Positions 1 to 8,016 of a stretch of DNA of 54,263 nt are shown in pieces. Each line of letters begins with the position of its first letter. The stretch's first letter is position 1. The translations under genes were made by a program, and so were the position numbers. Origin of the DNA: an uncultured Candidatus Saccharibacteria bacterium (lineage in GTDB: Bacteria; Patescibacteriota; Dojkabacteria; SC72); contig CAZPFV010000001.1 in NCBI GenBank assembly GCA_964585985.1, forward strand, positions 29,199-83,461, given 5' to 3'. The notes beneath the pieces were generated by a model. That model searched no databases. It saw only the letters and a list, made by a program, of their open reading frames with translations, and had not been told where the DNA came from.

Positions 1-566
1 TTACAAATGGGAGTAGATCTACTGATATATCGTACAGTGGAACAACATTAACACTCAACGGATCAACATACTATTGGAGAATGAAGTTCTGGGATAACAA
101 TGGGAGTGAGAGTGACTGGTCAGCTACTGCTCAGTTTACTATGTCTGCACCTCCAACTGCACCAAGCAATCCCCAAATTGATGGAATGACCAATCCAACA
201 CAAATACCTTCTACTTTGCCGAAATTTTCTGCACTTCACTACGATGCCAATGGGGATAGTGCAATATATTTCCAAATTCAAGTTAACAGTAACAGCTCGT
301 TTACAGGGACAACTATGTGGGATACAAACAAAGTCTCGATGTCCTCAACCCCAAGTGGGCAATATATACCAGAGGTCACATATGCTGGGACAGCATTAAC
401 AGGAGAGTCAAATATTACATACTACTGGAGAGTAAGACTTTGGGATACTGATGATAATGTAAGTAATTGGTCAACAACCGCTACCTTTGTAGATTTTGTA
501 GATGAGGAGCAGTATTTACAAATGGAAGGGGTAAAATTTGAGGGAGTAAAAATCAATCCAACATAA
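1..566 (+). CDS. 3' part of a larger repeat-containing secreted/surface protein gene (5' end outside the window)
   Basis: The frame is open from the first full codon (pos 3) to TAA 564-566. Residues upstream of the first ATG (..GSTYYWRMKFWDNNGSESDWS) repeat a block seen again as ..ITYYWRVRLWDTDDNVSNWS, so the ATG at 81 is internal. Function unknown. Confidence 0.6.
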   Translation, partial: TNGSRSTDISYSGTTLTLNGSTYYWRMKFWDNNGSESDWSATAQFTMSAPPTAPSNPQIDGMTNPTQIPSTLPKFSALHYDANGDSAIYFQIQVNSNSSFTGTTMWDTNKVSMSSTPSGQYIPEVTYAGTALTGESNITYYWRVRLWDTDDNVSNWSTTATFVDFVDEEQYLQMEGVKFEGVKINPT

Positions 567-573
567 TGATGTT

Positions 574-602
574 TTGTAAAAACAACAATTTCTTAGTAAA
601 AT
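574..602 (+). promoter_or_regulatory. sigma70-like promoter for rsmD (TTGTAA-17 nt-TAAAAT); the -10 ends 7 nt before the ATG
   Basis: TTGTAA 574-579, 17-nt spacer, TAAAAT 597-602, ATG at 610. No purine-rich SD lies in between. Confidence 0.4.
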
Positions 603-609
603 ACACCCC

Positions 610-1341
610 ATGAGTTTAAAATTCGATTCAGCAAAAAAATTAAGAAAAGAAAAAAATAAATACCAAGTAGGGAGCTGGGAGGAGTATGACCAAAGAGAAC
701 AAGCTTTTCTGAGAGAGAAATTCTTAAACAAAGAGCCCACTATATCTACCTTTGTTAGGATAACGGCAGGGAAGGCTAAAAATTTTAAAATAGAGATACC
801 CCGAAATACCAGGCCACTCACTGATAGAATGAAAGTGAGGATCTTTGATGCTTTAGGAAAGGAGATCGCAAATAAGACAGTACTAGATCTTTACGCAGGA
901 GCAGGCTCTTTTGGTCTAGAAGCACTATCAAGGGGTGCAGAAGAAGCTACTTTTGTAGATGCTTCTAAGCAGGCCGATTTAGTTATCAAAAAAAATATTG
1001 CCCACACAGGGTTTCTCCCACAGGCAGAGGTAATTAAAAGCAAAGTTGAGGACTTCTTACTGAAAAACAAAAATAGTGATAAAACATGGGACATTATCTT
1101 TCTAGACCCCCCATACAAGCTGTATAACACAAAAAGGGTATACAAAATGCAAGAGATCATAAATGGGGTATCACAATTTCTACCAGGAGTAAAAGAGCCT
1201 AAAAAAACAAAATTCAAAGGAGCCCTCATTATTAAACATCCAAAAAGATATCCAATTGAGAGACTGGCTCTAGACCATATTAAAAAAGTCGATACCTATG
1301 AATTCGGTCTCAATTCAATATCCCTGTATATTGTTAAGTAA
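610..1341 (+). CDS. rsmD: 16S rRNA (guanine-N2)-methyltransferase RsmD family
   Basis: SAM motif I VLDLYAGAGSFGLEALSRGA and motif IV FLDPPY. N-terminal region ..GKAKNFKIEIPRNTRPLTDRMKVRIFD matches the RsmD N-terminus. About 45 aa of lysine-rich N-terminal extension, so the start is uncertain. Confidence 0.8.
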   Translation: MSLKFDSAKKLRKEKNKYQVGSWEEYDQREQAFLREKFLNKEPTISTFVRITAGKAKNFKIEIPRNTRPLTDRMKVRIFDALGKEIANKTVLDLYAGAGSFGLEALSRGAEEATFVDASKQADLVIKKNIAHTGFLPQAEVIKSKVEDFLLKNKNSDKTWDIIFLDPPYKLYNTKRVYKMQEIINGVSQFLPGVKEPKKTKFKGALIIKHPKRYPIERLALDHIKKVDTYEFGLNSISLYIVK

Positions 1342-1516
1342 AAATCCATTGTATATTTCTTTCAAAAGAGATAAAATAGGGAGAATGTATAAGAAGTTTG
1401 GTATAAACAAATCAAAAATTCATAAGGTTGTATTTCCGACATGTTTTTAATGTTCAAACTTTCATACAAATATTTTCCCAAATATCTGTTTTTTTAATTT
1501 TTAGAATATTAATGAT

Positions 1517-3277
1517 ATGGTAAACGAAAAAATAGAAAATTTAGAAAAGATGAGACATACAGCATCACATGTCTTAGCACACGCTGTCCTTAAGCTGTAT
1601 CCTGATGCAAAACTAGGTATAGGTCCTGCAATTGACGATGGATTCTATTATGATTTTGAATTTTCTCAGCCAATAGAAGAGAAAGATCTCAAAGTAATTG
1701 AAGAAGAAATGAAAAAAATCATAAAGAGGAAGTTGCAAGTTACACAAACCTTTATGAAAAGGAGTGATGCTATCAAATACCTAAAGGATATTGGACAGGA
1801 ATATAAATTGGAGCTTCTAAATGAAATTCCCGACAAGGAGATAAGTTTCTTTGTCACAGGAGACCATGAATTTGTAGACCTATGTAGAGGGCCTCATCTA
1901 GAGGATACTGGAGATGTTGGTGTTATCAAATTAATTAAGACTGCAGGAGCTTACTGGAGAGGTGACGAAACTAAAAAAATGTTAACTAGAATATACGGGA
2001 CAGCTTTTGAGACAAAAGATGAACTGAAGGAGTATTTAAAAAATTTAGAGGATGCAGAGAAATATAATCATAGGAAATTAGGGAAACAGCTTAAACTCTT
2101 TGCAATAATACCTGAAGTAGGACAAGGGCTCCCTATATGGCTACCTAGAGGATACACAATAAGAAGGATATTAGAAAATTACATGATAGATCTTGAAAGA
2201 AAGCATGGATATCAGCACATACTAACACCCCATATTGTTAGAGGCGAATTGTTTGAAATTTCAGGTCACTTAGATTTTTACAAAGATGCTATGTATGCAC
2301 CGATTAAGGTAGATGATGAAGATTACTACCTTAAACCGATGAACTGTCCTGCAGGAATGATGGCATACAAAACAGAAATCCGAAGTTACAGGGATCTACC
2401 TATCAAAATGGGGGAGCTTGGTACTGTATATAGGTTTGAAAAATCTGGAGAATTACAGGGTTTGCAAAGAGTGAGAGGTTTTACCCAAAACGATGCACAT
2501 CTTTACTGCACACCAGAACAGCTGGAGGTCCTGATAAATGAGACTTTGGATTTACTTGATATCTTTTACAAGGATGTCGGCTTTGATAAATATAAATTTA
2601 GACTCTCGACATCTGATAGAGAAAAAAATCCAACTAAATATGCAGGAGATATAGAAAAATGGACATTTGCAGAAGATACTCTTAGGAATGTTTTAATTAA
2701 AAAAGACATTGAATTTGAAGAGATGCCTGGAGATGCAGCTTTCTACGGTCCAAAAATTGATGTACAAGCGATTAATGTTTACGGAAAAGAGGATACAATA
2801 TCAACCATCCAGTTAGATTTTAATATGGCAGAACGATTTGATCTCAAGTACATAGATGCTGATGGTAAGGAGAAACAGCCGTTTGTGATTCACAGGGCAT
2901 TAATTGGATCATTCGAAAGATTCTTTGCCTTCCTAATTGAACAGCATGCAGGAGATTTTCCATTATGGCTAGCACCTGAGCAAGTAACAGTAATTCCAAT
3001 ATCTGAAAAACATAATAAATACTCTACTGACATATATACCTTACTAGACAGTAATGGTATCCGAGTAACCCTAGATGATAGAGCTAAAAGTATGCAATCA
3101 AAAATTCGAGATGCAGAGAAATTGAAAATCCCTTACATAGTAATAATGGGAGACAAAGAGGTGGAAACCGAGACTGTATCAATTAGATCAAGAATAAATA
3201 AAGAGATTGGATTAATGAAGAAACAGGAATTTTTAGACTATCTTTTAGAAGAGATACGTCTAAAAAAACATAAATAA
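1517..3277 (+). CDS. thrS: threonyl-tRNA synthetase, short form lacking the N-terminal TGS domain
   Basis: Editing-domain His pair HTASHVLAHAV sits at residue ~13. Class II core motifs are present: NCPAGMMAY, FTQNDAHLYC, HRALIGSFERFFAFLIEQ. A C-terminal anticodon-binding domain follows. Confidence 0.95.
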   Translation: MVNEKIENLEKMRHTASHVLAHAVLKLYPDAKLGIGPAIDDGFYYDFEFSQPIEEKDLKVIEEEMKKIIKRKLQVTQTFMKRSDAIKYLKDIGQEYKLELLNEIPDKEISFFVTGDHEFVDLCRGPHLEDTGDVGVIKLIKTAGAYWRGDETKKMLTRIYGTAFETKDELKEYLKNLEDAEKYNHRKLGKQLKLFAIIPEVGQGLPIWLPRGYTIRRILENYMIDLERKHGYQHILTPHIVRGELFEISGHLDFYKDAMYAPIKVDDEDYYLKPMNCPAGMMAYKTEIRSYRDLPIKMGELGTVYRFEKSGELQGLQRVRGFTQNDAHLYCTPEQLEVLINETLDLLDIFYKDVGFDKYKFRLSTSDREKNPTKYAGDIEKWTFAEDTLRNVLIKKDIEFEEMPGDAAFYGPKIDVQAINVYGKEDTISTIQLDFNMAERFDLKYIDADGKEKQPFVIHRALIGSFERFFAFLIEQHAGDFPLWLAPEQVTVIPISEKHNKYSTDIYTLLDSNGIRVTLDDRAKSMQSKIRDAEKLKIPYIVIMGDKEVETETVSIRSRINKEIGLMKKQEFLDYLLEEIRLKKHK

Positions 3278-3299
3278 TTTTATTTAATAAATATAATAA

Positions 3300-3947
3300 A
3301 TGGATTTTAGAGATCAAAGAGGTGGAAGAGACATTGATGTAAGAATAAATGATTGGATAAAGGCACCAAAAGTATTACTAATTGATGATAAGGGGGAAAA
3401 TTTAGGTGAGATTGATACATCAAAAGCGAAACAAATGGCAAGAGATGCAGGATTAGATTTAGTTGAAGTAGGAGCAACAAACAACCCTCCAGTATGTCGA
3501 ATAATGGACTATTCAAAGTATGTATATGACCAAAGAAAAAAGATAAAAAAGAATAAAGGAGGAAAAACAAAAGATATAAAAGAGTTTAGGTTTAGTGCAG
3601 TAATTGATGTTGGAGATATGAATACCAGAATAAGAAGAGCAAAGGAATTTTTAGAAAAAGGGCACCCTGTTAAGCTAACTGCAATAAAAAAGGGAAGACA
3701 ACCGTTTGAACAAATGAAAGAGGTTTTTGATGAGATATTGACTAATTTTACTGAATATTGTAGTATCGAACCCGAGCCGAAGAGTACTTTTAATAGCATA
3801 ACTATTACATTTAAAAAAGATGGCAAGACAAAAAACAAACAAAACAGCAATAAAGAGGATAAAGTTATCGAACCCGAAGGGAAACAGGAAAGCAAAGATG
3901 ATGTACAAACAGAGCCATCAGGGGCATCTGAAGACAAAGAGATCTAA
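3300..3947 (+). CDS. infC: translation initiation factor IF-3 with a ~40-aa K/E-rich C-terminal tail
   Basis: INDWIKAPKVLLIDDKGENLGEIDTSKAKQMARDAGLDLVEV..PVCRIMDYSKYVY. An in-frame TAA immediately precedes the ATG start, so the start is ATG rather than the AUU known from E. coli. Confidence 0.9.
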   Translation: MDFRDQRGGRDIDVRINDWIKAPKVLLIDDKGENLGEIDTSKAKQMARDAGLDLVEVGATNNPPVCRIMDYSKYVYDQRKKIKKNKGGKTKDIKEFRFSAVIDVGDMNTRIRRAKEFLEKGHPVKLTAIKKGRQPFEQMKEVFDEILTNFTEYCSIEPEPKSTFNSITITFKKDGKTKNKQNSNKEDKVIEPEGKQESKDDVQTEPSGASEDKEI

Positions 3948-4035
3948 GAAATCTAAGAGGAGACAACTTAATGACAGGGTTGTATATTCTGCTAATGAGA
4001 AAAAATTAAAAAGAAAAGTCATAAATTTAGGATAA
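3820..4035 (+). CDS. rpmI: 50S ribosomal protein L35
   Basis: MARQKTNKTAIKRIKLSNPKGNRKAK..HLKTKRSKKSKRRQL has the typical L35 basic pattern. It lies between infC and rplT as in the conserved operon and overlaps the infC tail out of frame. Confidence 0.85.
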   Translation: MARQKTNKTAIKRIKLSNPKGNRKAKMMYKQSHQGHLKTKRSKKSKRRQLNDRVVYSANEKKLKRKVINLG

Positions 4036-4041
4036 ACTGAG

Positions 4042-4380
4042 ATGAGAGTCAAAGGCGGAACAGTAAGAAAAAGAAGGCACAACAAAATCATAGCCAAGGC
4101 AAAAGGATACAGGATGACAAAGAGTAAATTGTATAAGGTTGCTAATGAGGCAGTAATGCACGCAGGCCAATATTCATATAATGATAGAAAAAAGAGAGCT
4201 GGCCAATTTAGAACCTTATGGATTTCACGATTAAATGCAGCATGCAAAAATAATAATATTCAGTATAAGGATTTAATAAGTAAGCTTAAAAAGAATAATA
4301 TTGAACTAAACAGAAAAGTATTAGCTGATATTGCACTAAATAATCCTGAAGTATTCTCCTTTATAATAAAGTCTCTGTAG
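4042..4380 (+). CDS. rplT: 50S ribosomal protein L20
   Basis: MRVKGGTVRKRRHNKIIAKAKGYR..YNDRKKRAGQFRTLWISRLNAA is a canonical L20 sequence. Confidence 0.95.
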   Translation: MRVKGGTVRKRRHNKIIAKAKGYRMTKSKLYKVANEAVMHAGQYSYNDRKKRAGQFRTLWISRLNAACKNNNIQYKDLISKLKKNNIELNRKVLADIALNNPEVFSFIIKSL

Positions 4381-4401
4381 AGTAATATATTCTTGCAATA
4401 T

Positions 4402-4429
4402 AAAGACTCTACAAAGGGTCTTTTTTTTT
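4402..4429 (+). terminator. rho-independent terminator after rplT
   Basis: AAAGACTCT-ACAA-AGGGTCTTT forms a 9-bp stem (one G-U pair) with a 4-nt loop and runs into a 9-T tract (4421-4429). It starts 22 nt after the rplT stop. Confidence 0.6.
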
Positions 4430-4490
4430 ATTAATTTAATCTTTAAAATATAATACTGTATACTTACAGGATAATATAATATGTGAATAT

Positions 4491-5519
4491 ATGCATAAAG
4501 ATTTAGATAGTATAAAAAAAGATTTACTAACAGACATCTCACAGCTCTCTGCACAGGAGCTAACAGGGAAGTACCTTTCCAAGAAAGGTATATTAACAGA
4601 ACTATTTAAAAATATTACCAATATTAAACCAGAAGAGAAGGCTACATATGGCAAGGAGTTAAATCAAATAAAGCAGGACTTAGAAAGGACTATCGAAACA
4701 AAAAAATATAATAATCAAACTTTAGTTGAAAGCAAAAAAATTGATCCAACAGCACCATTTGATATAAATACATCAAAAAATAGAAAACCGCATATATTAG
4801 ACCTTAAAGGCTCCTCTCACCCATTAATGCAAGAATTGGAAATAATGTTAGGTATATTTTCTAGAATGGGTTTCGATATATTAGAAAGTAGGCAGATAGA
4901 TGACGATTTTCATATGTTTGAGAGTTTGAATTTCTCTAAAGGACATCCTGCAAGAGATATGTATGATACATTTTGGACTGATGATAACTTTGTTCTACCT
5001 GCACACACCTCAACCATGCAAAACAGGGCATTAAGAATGTATGGACCTCCCCCAATTAGAGTTGTATTACCTGGGAGATGCTTTAGAAATGAAGCTACAG
5101 ATGCTAGTCATGAACATACCTTCTATCAAATAGAGGGCGTCTATGTTGATGAAGATGTTTCAATTGCAAATATGCAAGCCACCATCAAAGAGTATTTAGA
5201 GGCATACTTAGAAAAAGATTTAGAAATTAAAATGCAGCCTGCATATTTCCCCTTTACTGAACCAGATCTTGAATTTGTAATCAGCTGCCCATTTTGTAAT
5301 AAGGTTGGCTGTAGTAGCTGTGGTAATAGTGGATGGATAGAGCTCATGGGTTGTGGAATGATTCATCCTAATGTTTTAAACGCAGGTAACATTGACCCAC
5401 AGAAATACTCAGGTTTTGCATGGGGAGTAGGGCTAGATAGGTTAGTTGCGATTAAACGAGGCATCTCCGATATTCGCAAATTAAGAGATGGTGATATTAA
5501 TTTTCTAAGACAATTATAA
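4491..5519 (+). CDS. pheS: phenylalanyl-tRNA synthetase alpha subunit
   Basis: Class II motifs FRNEATDASHEHTFYQIEG and GFAWGVGLDRLV are present. It also contains a CPFC..CSSC four-Cys insert before GWIELMGCGM. Confidence 0.95.
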   Translation: MHKDLDSIKKDLLTDISQLSAQELTGKYLSKKGILTELFKNITNIKPEEKATYGKELNQIKQDLERTIETKKYNNQTLVESKKIDPTAPFDINTSKNRKPHILDLKGSSHPLMQELEIMLGIFSRMGFDILESRQIDDDFHMFESLNFSKGHPARDMYDTFWTDDNFVLPAHTSTMQNRALRMYGPPPIRVVLPGRCFRNEATDASHEHTFYQIEGVYVDEDVSIANMQATIKEYLEAYLEKDLEIKMQPAYFPFTEPDLEFVISCPFCNKVGCSSCGNSGWIELMGCGMIHPNVLNAGNIDPQKYSGFAWGVGLDRLVAIKRGISDIRKLRDGDINFLRQL

Positions 5520-5521
5520 CA

Positions 5522-8002
5522 ATGAAACTACCTATTAAAAATATATCTGAGTTTACACAGTGTGAATTGTCTCTAGAGGAATTACTCACTATTATTTCAA
5601 ACAAGATTGGAGAAGTTGAAGGATATACAGATTTTTCCGAAATGTACGAGGGTATAGTTGTTGCTCAAATAGTGGATAAAAAGGAGCATGCTAATGCAAA
5701 TAACCTATCAATATATATGGTAAATATCGGGGAGGGAGATAATATACAGGTAGTCGCAGGTGATAAGACATTAAATATTGGAGAAAAGGTCGCATACATT
5801 AAGCCAGGCCATACTGTCCCATTTACATATGGAACCTCTCAACCGTTACTAATTAAATCTGCAAATATGAGAGGTGTGCAGTCTAATGGAATGATGTGTT
5901 CTGAAAAGGAGCTAAATATTGGCTCTGATCATGAGAGGGTATTGGTACTAAATCCTGACGCTCAAGTGGGGGTGTCCTTTGCACAATACTATGAATTAAA
6001 TGATGTCATTATCGATATCGAAAACAAGGCATTAACAAATAGAGGAGATCTTTTTGGAATACTTGGACTAGCAAGAGAGATCTCTGCAGCTCAAAATATT
6101 CCTTTCACTAGTCCTAAATGGTACACAGAGATATCTTCTTGGGAAAATATTCCAGAAACATCTCCCATTGAAGTAGAGAATAGGGCAAAAAATCTATGCC
6201 CTAGATACTCATGCATAACAATGGATGGTATCACTGTAAAAGAGTCCCCAATTTGGTTAAAATCTATCCTTCTTAAATCTGGGATAAGACCAATTAACAA
6301 TGTTGTTGATATTACCAACTATATATCCATAATTACTGGACAGCCTCTTCATGCTTTCGACTACGACAAATTAGTAAATAATGATCCCAATAGCCAAAAT
6401 ATCGCACACATTATCGTTAGAGTAGCTGAAAATGGTGAGAAGATTCATACTCTAGATGGTAATCTTGTACATTTAAGTGAAAACAATTTAGTAATTGCAG
6501 ACAGTACAAATCCAATAGCCATAGCAGGTGTAATAGGGGGGAGCGATACCGAGATTGATTCTAATACAAAAAGAATAATAATAGAGAGTGCAAGCTTTGA
6601 TAGGTTTAGTATTAGAAAAAGTTCAATGAAGTTAGGAATATTTACTGAGGCTGTAACAAGATACACACGAGGCCAATCCCCAAACCTATGTATCTTACTC
6701 CTTCTTAGGAGCGTAGAGCTAATTAAAGAGCTTACAGGGGGCGAGGTAGCCACAAATATTGTAGATGTATATTCACAATCAACTGAGAGCAAAACAATCT
6801 CTCTCTCAATATCAAAATTAAATACATTATTAGGTACAAACCTTGAAAAGAGCGAAATACGTACAATACTTACGAATATGGAGTATGGAGTAGAGAGTGA
6901 AGATAGTGAATATATAACAGTTCAAACACCTAACTTTAGAACCGATTTATACATCCCAGAAGATGTGTATGAAGACATTGGAAGAATATATGGATATGAA
7001 AACATCTTACCTGAACTACCCTTAAGAAAATTAAGTGCAGGAAGAGTGAATAAGGGTATTCTCTTAAAAAGTAAGATTAGAAATATACTCTCATATTCAG
7101 GTTGTAACGAACTAGATACATACAGTTTCGTAAGTAAGAATAGCCTTTTATCGACAAAACAAGATCCTAACATTGCATACCATATTAAAAATGCTCTCTC
7201 TCCTGAACTAGAATTTATGAGGCCGACCTTACTAATATCCTTAATAGAGAAGGCTAGCTATAATATTCAGAAAAATATTTCCCCATTCTGTATCTATGAG
7301 TTTAATATCCCTCATCAGAAGGGATATCTGAATAACTTTCAACTACCTAAAGAGGATTGGCATCTATCACTACTTTTCAGTTCCAAAGAAAATATCTTTG
7401 ATGGTAGTGCCTTCTATCAAGTAAAACGATATTTTGAAAAAATATTAGATTCCACTAATTCTGCTAAGATTCAATATACTTTGCTATCTGAAAGTTCACA
7501 ATTGGATTTACCACTATGGATACAGAACTCATTAACTACTTTTAACAAAAACGAATGCGCTATTGTTAAATATTCTAAAGATGGCATAGATATTGTTTTA
7601 GGTATTATTGGTACACTGGATAGCCAAGTTTTAAACAATTATAAACTTCCTGATTACACCTCTGCTTTTGAAATTAATCTCGAGGCTTTAAGTAAGATAG
7701 TAGACAAAGATAAGGGAAACATAGATAGTTCAAAATACCCACCAATTACTCAAGATCTTACAATTACTGTCTCACCTACAACTAAATACGGGGATTTGGA
7801 AGAGCTAGTATTAAAGATTGTAAATGGAAATGAAAGAATAGGGCTGGTTGAGTGTGTAGATATCTATCAAAAAGATGAAAATAGTAGTAAAAATATTACT
7901 TTAAGGATTACAATTGAACATAAGCAGAAAACACTCTCTGACAAAGATTTCAACAAACTCAAGGAGAAGATAGAGGAGAAAAGCAAAGTTTTTAACTCGT
8001 AA
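5522..8002 (+). CDS. pheT: phenylalanyl-tRNA synthetase beta subunit
   Basis: Starts 2 nt after pheS. It has an N-terminal tRNA-binding fold, a B3/4 region (ITNYISIITGQPLHAFD), a B5 region and a C-terminal ferredoxin-like end (VDIYQKD..ITLRITIEH). Confidence 0.93.
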   Translation: MKLPIKNISEFTQCELSLEELLTIISNKIGEVEGYTDFSEMYEGIVVAQIVDKKEHANANNLSIYMVNIGEGDNIQVVAGDKTLNIGEKVAYIKPGHTVPFTYGTSQPLLIKSANMRGVQSNGMMCSEKELNIGSDHERVLVLNPDAQVGVSFAQYYELNDVIIDIENKALTNRGDLFGILGLAREISAAQNIPFTSPKWYTEISSWENIPETSPIEVENRAKNLCPRYSCITMDGITVKESPIWLKSILLKSGIRPINNVVDITNYISIITGQPLHAFDYDKLVNNDPNSQNIAHIIVRVAENGEKIHTLDGNLVHLSENNLVIADSTNPIAIAGVIGGSDTEIDSNTKRIIIESASFDRFSIRKSSMKLGIFTEAVTRYTRGQSPNLCILLLLRSVELIKELTGGEVATNIVDVYSQSTESKTISLSISKLNTLLGTNLEKSEIRTILTNMEYGVESEDSEYITVQTPNFRTDLYIPEDVYEDIGRIYGYENILPELPLRKLSAGRVNKGILLKSKIRNILSYSGCNELDTYSFVSKNSLLSTKQDPNIAYHIKNALSPELEFMRPTLLISLIEKASYNIQKNISPFCIYEFNIPHQKGYLNNFQLPKEDWHLSLLFSSKENIFDGSAFYQVKRYFEKILDSTNSAKIQYTLLSESSQLDLPLWIQNSLTTFNKNECAIVKYSKDGIDIVLGIIGTLDSQVLNNYKLPDYTSAFEINLEALSKIVDKDKGNIDSSKYPPITQDLTITVSPTTKYGDLEELVLKIVNGNERIGLVECVDIYQKDENSSKNITLRITIEHKQKTLSDKDFNKLKEKIEEKSKVFNS

Positions 8003-8016
8003 CAGTTACCATCTTC

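Noticed and set aside
4381-4490. T-box, attenuator or leader peptide upstream of pheS (and likewise upstream of hisS)
   Set aside because: The regions are only ~110 and ~85 nt. They contain a terminator belonging to rplT and promoter-like elements, but no specifier or antiterminator architecture and no Phe- or His-rich leader ORF.
5270-5340. CPFC..CSSC four-cysteine insert in PheS as a novel feature
   Set aside because: To my knowledge, comparable Cys-x2-Cys pairs at this position occur in PheS of various bacteria. I did not treat it as unusual without an alignment.
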